DNA of 64,000 nucleotides from the human T2T-CHM13v2.0 reference genome, Homo sapiens: assembly GCF_009914755.1 (NCBI RefSeq), contig NC_060928.1; one strand, written 5' to 3'. The notes under the pieces were generated by a model. That model saw only the letters and a list, made by a program, of their open reading frames with translations. It had not been told where the DNA came from and searched no databases. How positions within the stretch are numbered: position 1 is the stretch's first letter; each line of letters begins with the position of its first letter. Shown in pieces: positions 44,505-58,908 of this stretch. Position numbers and translations under genes: made by a program.

Positions 44505-45257
44505 TGTACAGCTCTTTTAACCACTGAAAGTGCATCCACATTCATTATTTTAACCCCATAAGAAACCTCTAAAGTGGAACAGTTATTATCTATATTCGAA
44601 AGGTACAGAAACTGTAGTACAAAGTCGTAATGTTATGATCCAGGTTGAATAGAAATTACCAGAAGAGTACAGATCAAAATCTCATTTTCAAAAAAAATCC
44701 TACGTACAAATTCTAAATGCAACAACCACCTATGACACAGGAAATTAATAACTGAGAGACCAGTGAGATGGGAGTATCACAACAGTAATGATACTGTACC
44801 ATTTTGGAATGATACTATGACCTCTGAAAACCCTCCTTCCAAGCACAAAACTACCTGTGATAATAGAAGAAAAAAAAGCAAGGACTTGGCCTTACCTGGT
44901 ACCTCTGAGAATGGAAGCAGGTTAGGAAGTACAGCAAGAACTAAGTGCCATGACAACCTAAGTTCCCAATCCTATGATAAGAGATTGCCTCTTCACAGTG
45001 CAATGATCACACTGTTCTAAATTGCTGTTTTCATCTTTCCCTTTCTCATTGACTTGAAATAAAGCATGATAAGGAGGTCAGAACTGCTAACCTCAGGAAC
45101 AGCAAGTCTAGCATATAGGTCTGCTTTCATCTTCATATTTTCCCCCACTATTAAGTTGTGTATCTGGCTCCAAGACCCAATTCTACTTAATGGTTAAGTC
45201 TATAGGACAAAACATGGCAAAAAGAAATTTAAATTATGAGTCTAAAGCATGTATCTA

Positions 45258-45566
<309 letters not shown>

Positions 45567-46877
45567 TTACAACTCAGTTTCTACATATACATTATATACA
45601 TATAAGAAACATATGCATATGTATGAATGTATTTTATAAAATGCTTTGGAACGTAAATAATACTTGTTAAAAGACAAAGCAAAAGCTGAGATCTGGTATT
45701 TTATCACTCAAAGTTCTATTTTCTAGTATCTCTATGCATCTAACTCCCAAAAAATGATGTTCATAATGATGACCAAACAGGTGCTGCCAAATCCTGAAGT
45801 AGATTCTGAATCCCCCAAAACTAAACTAGAATAATGTGATTTAAAGAACAGTGTATTATATTCTAATTATCTGAATATTGGTAACTTGTGTCCTAGCCTT
45901 TACTAAACAATACTCTATCCTTTCATCATGATGGATTAGAGATTTTTATTATAGTATTTTGCTATAAATGGCAATTATGATAGTTTCCATTTATTGTTGC
46001 GTATTCTGTACCAGTTTTTCATGTATGATTAAACAGTCATCAGTGAAGATGAGGAATTATCAGATACTCTGATTACAGAAGAAAGAGACTGAGAGTAAGT
46101 ACAGTGTTGACTACTCTTCCACAGTTATCTTTGTTAGTTTTGTAACCTCTACAAAAATGATCTTACAAGATAAGAATATACAAATGAAGAAACAGGTCCA
46201 GAAATGCTAAGTCTTTCAACATTATATAGCTAAATAAATAGAAGAAGCACCTGGCTTCAAAACTCACAGTCTTTTTTTGCCCTATATTTCCAGTCTGAAG
46301 AAAGAATAAAGGCAGGGTAGAATACTTTAAATTCCAAATAGTTGGCACTGAATAGTCAGCTAAGACATGGATAAATATCTGGTACTGGGACAGAAGGTGG
46401 TTTTGTTCTACCTATAGGAGGTATATAGTCCTGTCATTCCAGGAAAGAAGTTGAAAAGAGGTACAATATACTGATGTATCACATTCAATCTGTTGCCAGA
46501 TCCATGTTACTATTCAGGAAAAAAGAGTTGAGGAAGAAAAGAAAAACAGGTGACACATCTAAGTACTTCCTATGTGCTCATTACTTAACTAGTTCACAGC
46601 ATTTTTAATAATTCAAGAATCAATTTGCAAATACCCAGATAACAGTTCTAACTGTTATTTCAAAGCCTTAACTACTTCTAGTAAATTGTTAAGGAATTTT
46701 AGATTTTTCCTCTCAAAACTGTGAGAGTAATAATAAAAATCTTCCATATTATCTTGAAAGAAACTATAGCAAATAGAAAAAGAGCCTGATGTTAGATGTC
46801 TCAAGTTTACTGGTGCATTTTTTTTTAAGCTATGGTGTTTCAAGGGGATTTGTGTATGAACATAGGTAACAAATATC

Positions 46878-47180
46878 GTCAGGCACGGTGGCTTACGTCT
46901 GTAATCCCAGCACTGTGGGAGGCTGAGGCGGGTGGATTGCTTGGACCCAGGAGTTCAAAACCAGCCTAGGGCAACACAGCAAGACCCCATCTCTACAAAA
47001 AATACAAAAATTAGTTAGGTGTGGTGGCATGCACGTGTAGTCTCAGCTACTCAGGGTGCTGAGGTGACAGAATCACCTGAGCCTGGGGAGGTTGAGGCTG
47101 CAGTGAGCCATGATCGCCACTGCACTCCAGCCTGGGTGACAGAGTAAGACTCTGAGACCCTGTCTAAAAACAAAAACAAA
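46878..47180 (+). mobile_element. Alu (AluJ-like)
   Basis: Full dimer; TSD AACAAAT.TC. Confidence 0.92.
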
Positions 47181-47479
47181 TGTCAAATTCAGGGCAATTT
47201 TTCTAAATGAGGTAATCTTATAAGAGGTATTAGTGATATCAAAAGCTCAAACAAGAAGGCTAAAGATTCAGTTTATTACAGTAGTTAAAAGCATGGACTA
47301 TGAAATCAGACTGTGTAACTTGAACTAGTTATTGAACTTGTCTGTACCTTGGTTTCCTCATCTTTAAAAACAAGGAAATAGCTGTATAGCTGCCTGTAAG
47401 AGTTGCTTTAAAATTTGAACAAGACAACTAATATAAACAATTCGAAAAGGCTGACAGATGGCAAACACTCTGGAAGTAC

Positions 47480-47860
47480 GGTCATATACCATATAACAAG
47501 ATTTCAGTCAACAAGGGACTACATGCCGATGGTAGTCCCACAAGACTATAATGGAGCTGAAAAATTCCTATCACCCAGTGATGATGTAGGTGTCTTAACA
47601 TCACAGCACAATACATTACCTTTTTTACGTCTAGATATGTTTAGACTCAAATGCCATTGTATTACAATTGTCTATTTACTACAGTAACATGCTGTACAGG
47701 TTTCTAGCCTGGGAACAACAGGCTATACCTTATAGCCTAGGTGTATAGTGCTGTACCATCTAGGTTTGTGTAAGTGCACTTCATGATGTTCCCACAACAA
47801 CAAAATCACCTAATGATGCATTTCTCAGAACATATTCCCGTAGTTAAGAGATACGTAGTT
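47480..47860. mobile_element. Tigger3-family (TcMar) non-autonomous DNA transposon
   Basis: TATAATGGAGCTGAAAAATTCCTATCAC..TAGCCTAGGTGTATAG..TAGGTTTGTGTAAGT..GCATTTCTCAGAAC. Confidence 0.7.
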
Positions 47861-48929
47861 TTAATAGAATTATTCTAAAATGCATAAAAAATTACCAAAC
47901 CATTAGAAGAATTTAGTATATTCTGACCTCAAATACTACAAGGCTTTGTACTAATTATTAACCAAAATAAGAATATCTCTACTACAAATTCATGGAAAAG
48001 ACAGGAAAGTAGGCATAGATAAATGGGAAGTGGACCAAATATCTTTCAAATTCATTGAATTTGTTTACTTAAAATAGCATGTCATGCTGGTAATATGCTT
48101 GGATCAATAAAAACAGATTGGCTTTGGTAAAATAGATGTAAAATGGGGAAATACTGGAAAACAGCTGTAAGCATGTATATGCTTATCCTGTAAGATGATT
48201 TCCTAACGTATGAAATCCAAACTATTAACCATGGGATTCAACCTCTATCAGATGTCACGTTTCATTTTCCATTGCCCTGTCTCAGTCAACCCTTTTAACT
48301 CTCTACCTCCATATGCTCTGTGCCTGCCTCTCTTATCTACCCAGGCAGACCTCTATCTTATATTACACCATATGATATTGCAATTGTCTTATATGCCTAG
48401 TTTTTCCTACTGGATTTGAGCTTTCAGTGAGATTAGGAACTATGTCTTGACTATCTTTGTGTCTGTTGTGTCTAGCACAGGACTTATCACAAAGCAAATG
48501 CTCAGTATACATTTAGTGAATAAATGATTTTAAAATGAATGATTCTCAAAAATCAATTATTAAAAAAAAATCACAGAAAAGAAACCCAGATCACTTATGG
48601 CCAACCTTAAAAGGTATCACTTTCTTTTTTTACACAAAAACTAATACTTTACTTCATGAAAATATGTTCTGAAATATGAGACCATTCAAGTCTGTATCTC
48701 TTAAAATGTTCAGTGTTATTTGGTAATAAAAGCATAAGGAATAATACAATAAATATCCTTATTTCGAATACACAGCCTGAGAAATGAAACATTAACAACA
48801 GTTTTAAGTTGCATAATACTTGTTTTCTAGCTTTCTGTTGATTTTATAGGGCAAAACCAAAGACAATTTTAAAGCGTAAGCATTTAAATAAATAAAAGTA
48901 CACCATTGTGCTTTGTTTCCTTAACTTAC

Positions 48930-49084
48930 TTTTCTGTTTTGAAGAATATTGCACAACCATCTACATGCTTTCTCTCCTGCTCAGACATGATTTTGGCACG
49001 TGACTTTGGAGAAAAAAATCCATCATATCCACGCTCCTTCAATGCTGGCAGAAAGAGAGTGAAGTATTGCTCTGTTTCCACTTC
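48930..49084 (-). CDS. CNOT6L: CNOT6L coding exon 8, 155 nt (begins with metal-binding E240)
   Basis: TCTCAG|GAA acceptor; AA|GTAAGT donor; EVETEQYFTLFLPALKERGYDGFFSPKSRAKIMSEQERKHVDGCAIFFKTE(K). Confidence 0.97.
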
Positions 49085-50372
49085 CTGAGATGAAAGAAAA
49101 GTTATCATCTATATGACAGAGGGAAAATGCTGATTAAGATATAAAAATGTTCAGCATTATGAGTAAGATGTAACTTAGTAAAAATAATTCACATAGCAAA
49201 TATTATCTTACTATCTTACCTGATTGCTAGCAGCTGCTACTTGACAATGGCAGCTTTTTAAACATGAAAGAACCAGAAAGGTGACATGATTTTCTCATGC
49301 TCACACAGATAGTAACAGGAGTAGGACTACATCCCAAGGTCTCTTGATTCCCAATTTACAGTTCACTCCATTATACTTTACTTCCTCAAGACTGGCAACT
49401 AAACAAAGCAAGTTGGGTATATGATAGATTCTGTGATAGGGAATAGTAATTTATATATAAAAAGGTAATTTAAAAACTTGCATATCCTTCTGAACTATGG
49501 TGGAAAGAAATGATACCCAAGAGTGAGAAACGTAAAATCTATCCACAAAAAATTCTACTTTAAGAAATTTTTAAGTACCTAAATCGCAATCATCCAATGG
49601 CCTCTATTAATTTAATAATTATTAGTCTATTTTATTCTTTGACTCATAAAATATTTTAACAGGTCTTTCTAAATGAAATAAATATGAAGATAATTTATGT
49701 ATGCAGATGTTTCTAACAGCATGAGTTTATGACAGCAAAAACCCATAAACAACTAAATGTGTCCAATGGTATGGGAAAAGCTACATCAATATACGTTCAT
49801 ATAATTAATGAGTTTTGAAGAATTTTAGTAACATGGAAAATCCATTAAGTACAATAAATAAGAATCAAAATGTATCTGTAAATATATTTTACTTAATGTA
49901 TAGAAGAAAAATACTCCAGAAGTTTTAACACAACTATCTTATGACATGAAATTAGGTATTTCCCTCCATCATGCTTTATATTTTTTCAAAATTTTCAACT
50001 TCTCTAGAATGATCTCTTTTTAATACAGTATAGTATTATAGCATTGCTTTTATAATAAGACAATTTTCTTAAATTATGTTCTATCCTTCAAACTGCTATA
50101 TTTAGGAGGGTGTGAGGCTGTTATCACTACAAATACTAAACCAAGAAGTAGACAAGAAACTACAATAGCCTGATTTTGTTTGCCGCCTCCTCTCCCCAAT
50201 TCTCTGTTAGTCTCAGTATTTAGAAGAAATTTTATTTTAATTTTAAAAGATTTTTACTTTTTTCCCAAGCAACCTAAAAATAAATTATCAAGCTACTCTG
50301 TTACATAAAAAAATTTTTAATAATTTTTCCTCTCAGGCTATGATGAAAAGAATGTGTGAAATTGTAACACAC

Positions 50373-50375
<3 letters not shown>

Positions 50376-50404
<29 letters not shown>

Positions 50405-50686
50405 GAGACAGAATCTCGCTCTGCCATCCAGGCTGGAGTGCAGTGGTGCAATCTCTGATCACTGCAACTTCTGCTTCCTGGGTTCAAGCAATTCTCATGC
50501 CTCAGGCTCCCAAGTAGTTGGGATGACAGGTGCACGCCACCTTGCCTGGCTAATTTTTGCATTTTTAGTAGATATGGGGTTTCACCACGCTGGCCAGGCT
50601 GGTCTCAAACTCTTGACCCCAAGGGATCCACCCGCCTCGGCCTCCCAGAGTACTGGGACTATAGGCGTGAGCCACCATGCCCGGCC
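50376..50686 (-). mobile_element. Alu (AluS)
   Basis: Perfect 13-bp TSD TGTAACACACAAC (50363-50375 / 50687-50699). Confidence 0.95.
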
Positions 50687-50719
50687 TGTAACACACAACA
50701 TTTTTAAACACCTTTAAGA

Positions 50720-50850
50720 AATAGTAAGTTTCTGAGTTGATGAATATGTTAATTAGCCTCATTTGATCATTTAAAAAAATATATATGTATCAAAACATCA
50801 CAATGTACCCCATAAACATATACAATTATTTGTCAATTAAAAATTTTTAA
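50720..50850 (+). mobile_element. L1MA 3' terminus
   Basis: GATGAATATGTTAATTAGC..ATCAAAACATCACAATGTACCCCATAAA..TGTCAATTAAAAA. Confidence 0.7.
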
Positions 50851-51502
50851 ACCTTTAAGCACTTAATATGTTTTGAAAGTTGCTAAGAAAAAAGTTACTA
50901 AAAACTATTCAAACATCTTTTTGGCTAATCATTAGCTAAATTTTGAAGCAACAGAACACATTTCATGAAAAGATGCTGCTTCTTCAGTAAAGTTCAATTT
51001 ATAAAGTGCTATAAAACAGAAGAATCTAAATTTCAGAGATGGTTTATAAAGTAAGGTAAGGCAAATATGCATGATTTATAGTACAATATATTAAAATATG
51101 TCTGTTTAAGGAATAACTGTGGGCAAGCTTTTTTTTTTAAAAAAAAACAGACTCCAATACAAGGTAAATTTATATTCCTAAAAGACTGGCAATCTTCTGT
51201 GGTTTTCTCTTTCAGCAATACCAATGATCATGAGGTGAATATTAACATGAACGGGTAAGATTATTTCCACTTAAGAAAACAGTAAATAAATATAAGTAGG
51301 TGGTTGTATTCAGTCAGCAAAATAGTTTCACTATGGAAATGTCTTAAATGCTTATTTAAATTGTCCATTATTTTTAAGAGGAGAGAAAACAATTCTTTTT
51401 GAGCTTTGGCTCTAAACACAGGATCTCTCCCAGTGGTCAGATCTTCTCTTATGTTTAAGTTCACCTTTTAAGTTAAAGACAGTTTAATTTCTATGGTGTT
51501 AC

Positions 51503-51660
51503 CTGAAGACTAATGATATCTGCGTCACAGTTAACAATTTCTTCCATAATTCCCTTTTTCCTGTATTCCCAGTTTAATGCCCAGGATGGGCAATAGCCAT
51601 ATAGCTGCCGGGTAGCGTATTTATCACATAACACATTGTAACACATAACCGTGAATGATG
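51503..51660 (-). CDS. CNOT6L: CNOT6L coding exon 7, 158 nt; start of EEP nuclease domain (YNVL motif, N195)
   Basis: Long pyrimidine tract plus TTAG acceptor; CAG|GTAACA donor; SFTVMCYNVLCDKYATRQLYGYCPSWALNWEYRKKGIMEEIVNCDADIISLQ inside ORF 51491..51709. Confidence 0.97.
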
Positions 51661-52239
51661 CTAAGAAGTGGGAGAAAAAACAACAGACAAACGGGAGAAA
51701 ATTAGGCAACTTTTTCTAAAGCAATATCATGTGTACACCTGCACAAGCACACACACATACGCCACATATCATCATTGTAAAATGCCTAGGCAAGATAAAG
51801 ATTGCTAATCTACTAAAACATCATTGGAGTCTATCATACAAAATTTATTTTATTAAGTCTAGAATTAGACTAACAGCTTATATTTGAGAGTTTTAAGGAA
51901 ATTTATTTTAATAAAAAATTTAAATTTTAAATCTGCTAATTTTTTGCTTATAACTTTGAGAAAAGCTTCTTTAAATGAGTGGAACAAAAGTAAACTGTAG
52001 TTGCATTTTAATTAAAGAACTCTAATCTCATTACCTCTTATTAACAAAATATCTAAGTATTTTTTGTGCCTCCTACTGCTATCATTACTTTGAAGCAGAA
52101 GAGTATGGACTAACAAAATTTAGTTGTAAGAGAATCGTTTTTGTCAATCAAATGTTCATTTCTGAAATAAAATGCTCATTTTTAAATGTCCTTTAACTAT
52201 AAAAAGACTGTGAGCAAACTAATAGTAGAAGATGGTTTG

Positions 52240-52612
52240 CATCCTTGCTACTCAAAACTGTGCTGTGAAGACCAGCAGCATCAGTAATCAATCACCTGGG
52301 AATTTAGAAATGCAGAATCTGTGGCCCCATAAACACCTCTTTTGGACAGGATGTGCAATTTAACAAAATCTCCAGGTGATTCATATGCACTTGCATGTTA
52401 AAGTCTGAAAAGCCCTGATTTTTATCAGTAATTCTCCATCTTGGCTGCCTAGTAGAATCACTTTGTAGACCTTATAAAGAAAAATGCTGAAGTAAGGGTC
52501 TGACTCCAGACTAATTAAGTTGAAATATTAAGAGTCTAGCTATTCGTATTTTTAAAAAGGATCCCAGCATCCCAGGTGATTATAATGAACAGACATGGTT
52601 GAGAATCACTTA
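52240..52612. mobile_element. Adjacent MER5A and MER5B hAT-Charlie MITEs
   Basis: GACCAGCAGCATCAG..AGAAATGCAGAATCT..CCAGGTGATTC; second unit ends CCCAGGTGATTATAATG..GGTTGAGAATCACT. Confidence 0.65.
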
Positions 52613-53958
52613 TTTAAATAAGACGTGAGGAATTCAAAGTGAAGTGACACTTGATTGAAGTTGGTTCTGTTTCAGATGATGGAAAAGGTATTAAGAGAAA
52701 CTCAGTTCAGTCCCCTGGGGGGTCTGACTGGTGACCATTTTGTACACTGGGAGCTAAATTTCAATTTGAGTTGACTTTTGTACTTTCTGAGTATTTATCT
52801 TGGAAATGACCCAGCATCATTTCCAAGCCACTACACTGTGAAGTAAGCACCCTGAATTTACCTTACTATGCTTCTCAGTATTTGAAATGTCATTTGGAAG
52901 TAAGGCGAAAGAGGCAGACTGCCATTTGCTTCATTCAGTTTTTTCCTAAGACTTTGTAAACTGAGATTTCATTAAAAAGATCAGAGATTGCAATTTTTAT
53001 AATATAGCCAAAACTCTTTATATCCCTGCCAGTGCCTGAGAATGAACCAGCAATTTTTAAACAGAAGTAAAAACTACCTAAGTGTTATTACCACTCATCT
53101 CTTATACTCTGTTTCTATCTGGGACCTTTTTCATTATCTAGGCTTGATTTCCATATAGTTTATCATGTTTTTAAGCAATAAATCACCCTTAGCCACCACA
53201 AAGTATTATACACATCCCTCTATGCATCAGAAGTAAAATGCATTTTTAACAGTAACTTTTTTTCAGCACTCAGATCCTACTCAGAGAAGCACCATACCTC
53301 ACAAGAAAAGTCCACACTAGTTTTTCAATAAAGAAAACCCAAGAACAGATTACTTTGAGAATTCAGCAATTAATGAAAATTTGTTTCTATTGTTCCTTTT
53401 CTTAATAGAAATGTAGCTGTGCAATATTAGAAAATCTTTTCTTCAAGATTATGTTCACTCATATTCAAAAGGGATTACTATGAAGAATTAGAAAATGGTG
53501 TTTTTAACATCAGAAGGGAATAATTAATTATACACTAGGAAAGGCCAAGTATAAAATAAATCTATCTAGCTTTAAGTTTTGTAGAAAACCTTAGGTACTC
53601 CTTTCACTTAAACACCAACATGCAACCTGATAGTAAAAATGTTATTCATAACACTGACACAATGCCTCTTAAAACAAGCTGATATTGCAGCTCTAGAGTG
53701 GGTTGGTTTTAAAATTATTACCTCTGAAAGACACAAAAATGTACTGCATATTATAATATTTTGTAGTGTTATTAAAATGCAAATAGAACCATGAAGAGGC
53801 TATATATCCCACATTTCCAAATACTAAAAAAAAAAAAGACTTGTTCTGAATCCTCTTAACTTAAAAAAAGCCCAAAACTCACAAACAAAAGGCCTTTATA
53901 TTGCTCAAAATATATATAAAGTCTAATTGTGATTTACCCTTTAAAAATTAACTATCTC

Positions 53959-54322
<364 letters not shown>

Positions 54323-54734
54323 TAATTTTAAAATGAAATTAGATATCATGAAAATTATTACTCTTGTGATTAAAAAAAAGACATTTCAAAAAACGGTAAT
54401 TCATAACTTATTTTAAGTAGAATTCCCAAGCCTAAAATGTCAAATATGAAGAAGCTTTATAAATGTCAAACCATTATTGGTCCCTGCAAACAGATAAAGG
54501 CTTATGTTTTCTACATTACTTCAGTTCTAGAAATGCTAGATTATATCCTTATATTGCTCAAATACTATGTACTACTTCTACACCCCTGGGCTGGTATTAT
54601 ACTTTGTTGCCAGTATAGTAAATATATGTCTAGTCTACATTATTCTTCCATAAATGTTATCTATCTCTCAAGAAAGATCAAGTACTTCTCAGTAGTTTAA
54701 AATTTTTCACAAGAAATATCATTGTTCTCATTTT

Positions 54735-54910
54735 TCTTAAATCACCCAATACTCTCTATGAAGATGCCATTTGGAAAGCTGTATTATAGAAATAATTTTA
54801 AAACCAAGGGCTGCATTACTTAAATCTTAAATCACCCAATACTCTCTATGAAGATGCTATTTGGAAAGCTGTATTACAGAAATAATTTTAAAACCAAGGG
54901 CTGCATTACT
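54735..54910. repeat. Tandem duplication, 2 x 86 bp (period 90)
   Basis: 54735-54820 vs 54825-54910 differ at 2 positions. Confidence 0.95.
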
Positions 54911-55100
54911 GTGAAAGATATAAGACACCTATTGACAGGTCTATCTTAATGTGGACTTTTTAAAAGTCTATCCATCAGTATTTTTAAATGCATCTACCCA
55001 TGAAAGGTAAAAATGAAGTCTTATTTATTACAGATCATGAAGCCCAAATAACATTTTAAGAATTTCTGAAAAAAAAGGAAGAATGAGAAAAACTATTTAC

Positions 55101-55169
55101 CTGACGGCAGAATTTGGTCTCGTTCTTTTAATGTAATCCATGGCCTCGGAGGAAGCTGCTCTGGATGAA
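55101..55169 (-). CDS. CNOT6L: CNOT6L coding exon 6, 69 nt
   Basis: TTTTTCAG| acceptor, TCAG|GTAAAT donor; encodes (V)HPEQLPPRPWITLKERDQILPS(A). Confidence 0.96.
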
Positions 55170-56449
55170 CTGAAAAAAATTTTGTAAATATAGGTTAATT
55201 TCATGTGTTTCTGAAATCTGAAATGTGTTTATAATGTCAAAAACACTTCTGTTTTCTATTCTGCTGTAACGGCCTGCAAACTGACTTAATCTAATGCTGA
55301 AATTTAATGAAGATTAAGGAGCCAAAGGAAATTTCAGAAAAGCTATGCAGAGAACACAGAACTAATACAAGAAAATAACATTAGGAAATTCATTAATGGC
55401 ATTTTCACTTACATGGTATTTACGAAAAGTACCTATTTAAAACCCTATGTAAAATCTTAAGTTTCTAATTATATATGTAAATTGTATTGACTTAGCCTTG
55501 TGGGAAATCAAAGCCATCTGAAATTCCAACCCTGATGAATTAAAATACTCAAACATCTTTAAAACAGAAAAAAGTACATATGGATGTATTAAAGTTAGTG
55601 AATTTTCTAGTGGGGCCTTCATTTTCTGATTTTACTCTTTTATAATGTCAGCACAAAACAAGAGATAAGGATAGAACCACATTATGCAGAAAAAAGGTAG
55701 GCACTTGTTAGACATTAATTGCTCAGATATGGTTATCAATACTATGGAACTAAATGCTACCTAACTACCAGATGAGTTAAGATTTAACTACCCCCTCTTC
55801 TTTTCCTTTCAAAATCTTTGAAATTACAGTACAACTTGATTCAAGTTTGCAGATTTGCCCATGGCATTAATGGCTGAGAAATGTATTCCCTTAAAACAAC
55901 ACTCCATCTTTATCTAGCCACAGAAATTTTGACCAAAGTAGCCCAGATCTTTAAAACTGTCACTTTATTAACAGTTTTGGTGTTCTGAAAGTCTACCTAT
56001 ATGATACTCTGTTTTAGCAGCCATACTTTTCACAGAGTAGAATGAACTCTATTTCATATATTCCATATCTTGCCAGGAAAGAAAAGAAGGTTATAAGATG
56101 ACAGACAAATCATCCAGCTTGTTCAACATACTGAATCCCAGAAAACAATCTTCTGGCTATGTGAGTGCCATGGCAGAGTCACAGCAAGTGTCTCAAAAAT
56201 GAAAAATCTAATATAGAAACAGAAAGAGTAAACAAAAAAATTTCTAGCTATTGGGATCCTTAATTAGCAAAATCTACCTAAGCTGGCTTGCTTAAAAATT
56301 CAGAAATCCAGAAACTTCTAAAATAAAACAGGTAATATAATATCAACATTTTGGTGCTTCCAAATCTTAACTAGTGTATCACAATGTAGCAGTTTAAGTA
56401 TAACGCAATCAACAATATCCAAAGAGCCAAAAACATAATATGAGCGAAT

Positions 56450-57437
<988 letters not shown>

Positions 57438-58674
57438 TAAAGTCAGGTTTTTTAAAGATGAAACTACATGGCCAAATGATATCACCAATGATATGACAAA
57501 ACAAAGAAATAAAGAGTTATATGGGCTACTATCACATACAATAAATAAATATATTGGTGACCCAATCTTCAACAGAGCTCAAGAGAGCCAACCTTCCTCC
57601 CCACACCTAACACTGACTGGCAGCACTAGGCCTGATCTGCCTACAGTGCAGGTGTCAGCTGAACCTGAAGAGACAAACCAAATCTACATGCTAAACCTAA
57701 ACAGGGTAACTGTCTGCTGAAATCACAGATTTAAAAAGCATCAGAAGTCTCCTAACATAATATCCAAAATGTCCAGGGTACAAATAAAAAGCACTGGTTA
57801 TACCAAGAACCAGGAAAATCACAACTTAAGTGTTAAAAGACCAACAGACACCAACACTGAGCTGAATCAGATGTTGAAATATCTGACAGATTTTAGAACA
57901 GCCATCATAAAACTGCTTGAACAAGTAATTACAAATATCCCTGAAAAGAATAGAAAAATCCAGCAAATACAGAGAAATTATTATTTTAAAAGTATCAAAT
58001 AGATATTATCCAACTGAAAAATACAATAACTTAAATTTTAAAAGTCATTGGAAAGGCACAATAATAAAGATGCCAAAAGATAAAAATCAGTGAACTTGAG
58101 AACGAATCAGGAGAACTTAGTCTGAAAAACAAAAAGAAAACAGACTGAAACAAATGAACAGAGCCTGAAAAAACCTGTGGAACTATAATTTTTTAAAAAT
58201 ATCTAGATTAGTATTATCAGAGTTCCAGAAGGACAGGAGAAAGGATGTGGAGCTAAAAAAGTATTCTATGAGAGAACAGGTGAACATTTCCAAATTTATG
58301 TGAAAGACTTACACCTAACAAATTTAAGAAGGTGAGTAAACTTCAAATATCAAGAGCCCAAAGAAATCCATGCTAAGACAGATCGTAACTAAACTTCTGA
58401 AAACTAAAGAACGAACCTTAAAAACATCAGACAGAAATAGCATATTACCTATAGGACATCAACTCAAATGACACTACATTTCTTTTAAGAAACCATGAAA
58501 GCCTAAGGAAGTGGTACAATATTTTTCAAGGACTGAAAGAAAAGAACTGTCAACTGGAAATTCTGTATCCAGAAAAACTATCCTTCAGAAATCAAGGGGA
58601 AATAAAGATGTTAACAGACAAAGGAAAACACTTCCATTGCTAGCAGACCTGCCCTTAAAAAATAGCTAAAAGAG

Positions 58675-58908
58675 GGCCAGATGCAGTGGATTACACCTAT
58701 AATCCCAGCACCTTGGAAGGCTGAGATGGGAAGATCACTTGAGGCCAGGAGTTTAAGACCAGCCTGGCCAACATAGTGAGATCCCATCTCTACAAAAATA
58801 TTAAAAAATTAGCCAGACGTGGTGACGGGAGCCTGTAGTCCCTAGCCACTTGGGAGGCTAAGATAGGAGGATCACTTCAGCCCAGGAGTTGGAGGCTGCA
58901 GTGAGCTA
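58675..58908 (+). mobile_element. AluJ-like element, 3'-truncated with no tail
   Basis: Stops at GGCTGCAGTGAGCTA, after which L1 sequence resumes. Confidence 0.88.

Noticed and set aside
49215-49260. CAG|GTAAGA donor near exon 8 suggesting a 34-nt exon
   Set aside because: Upstream acceptor (TTTAAAAAG) is poor; no other support
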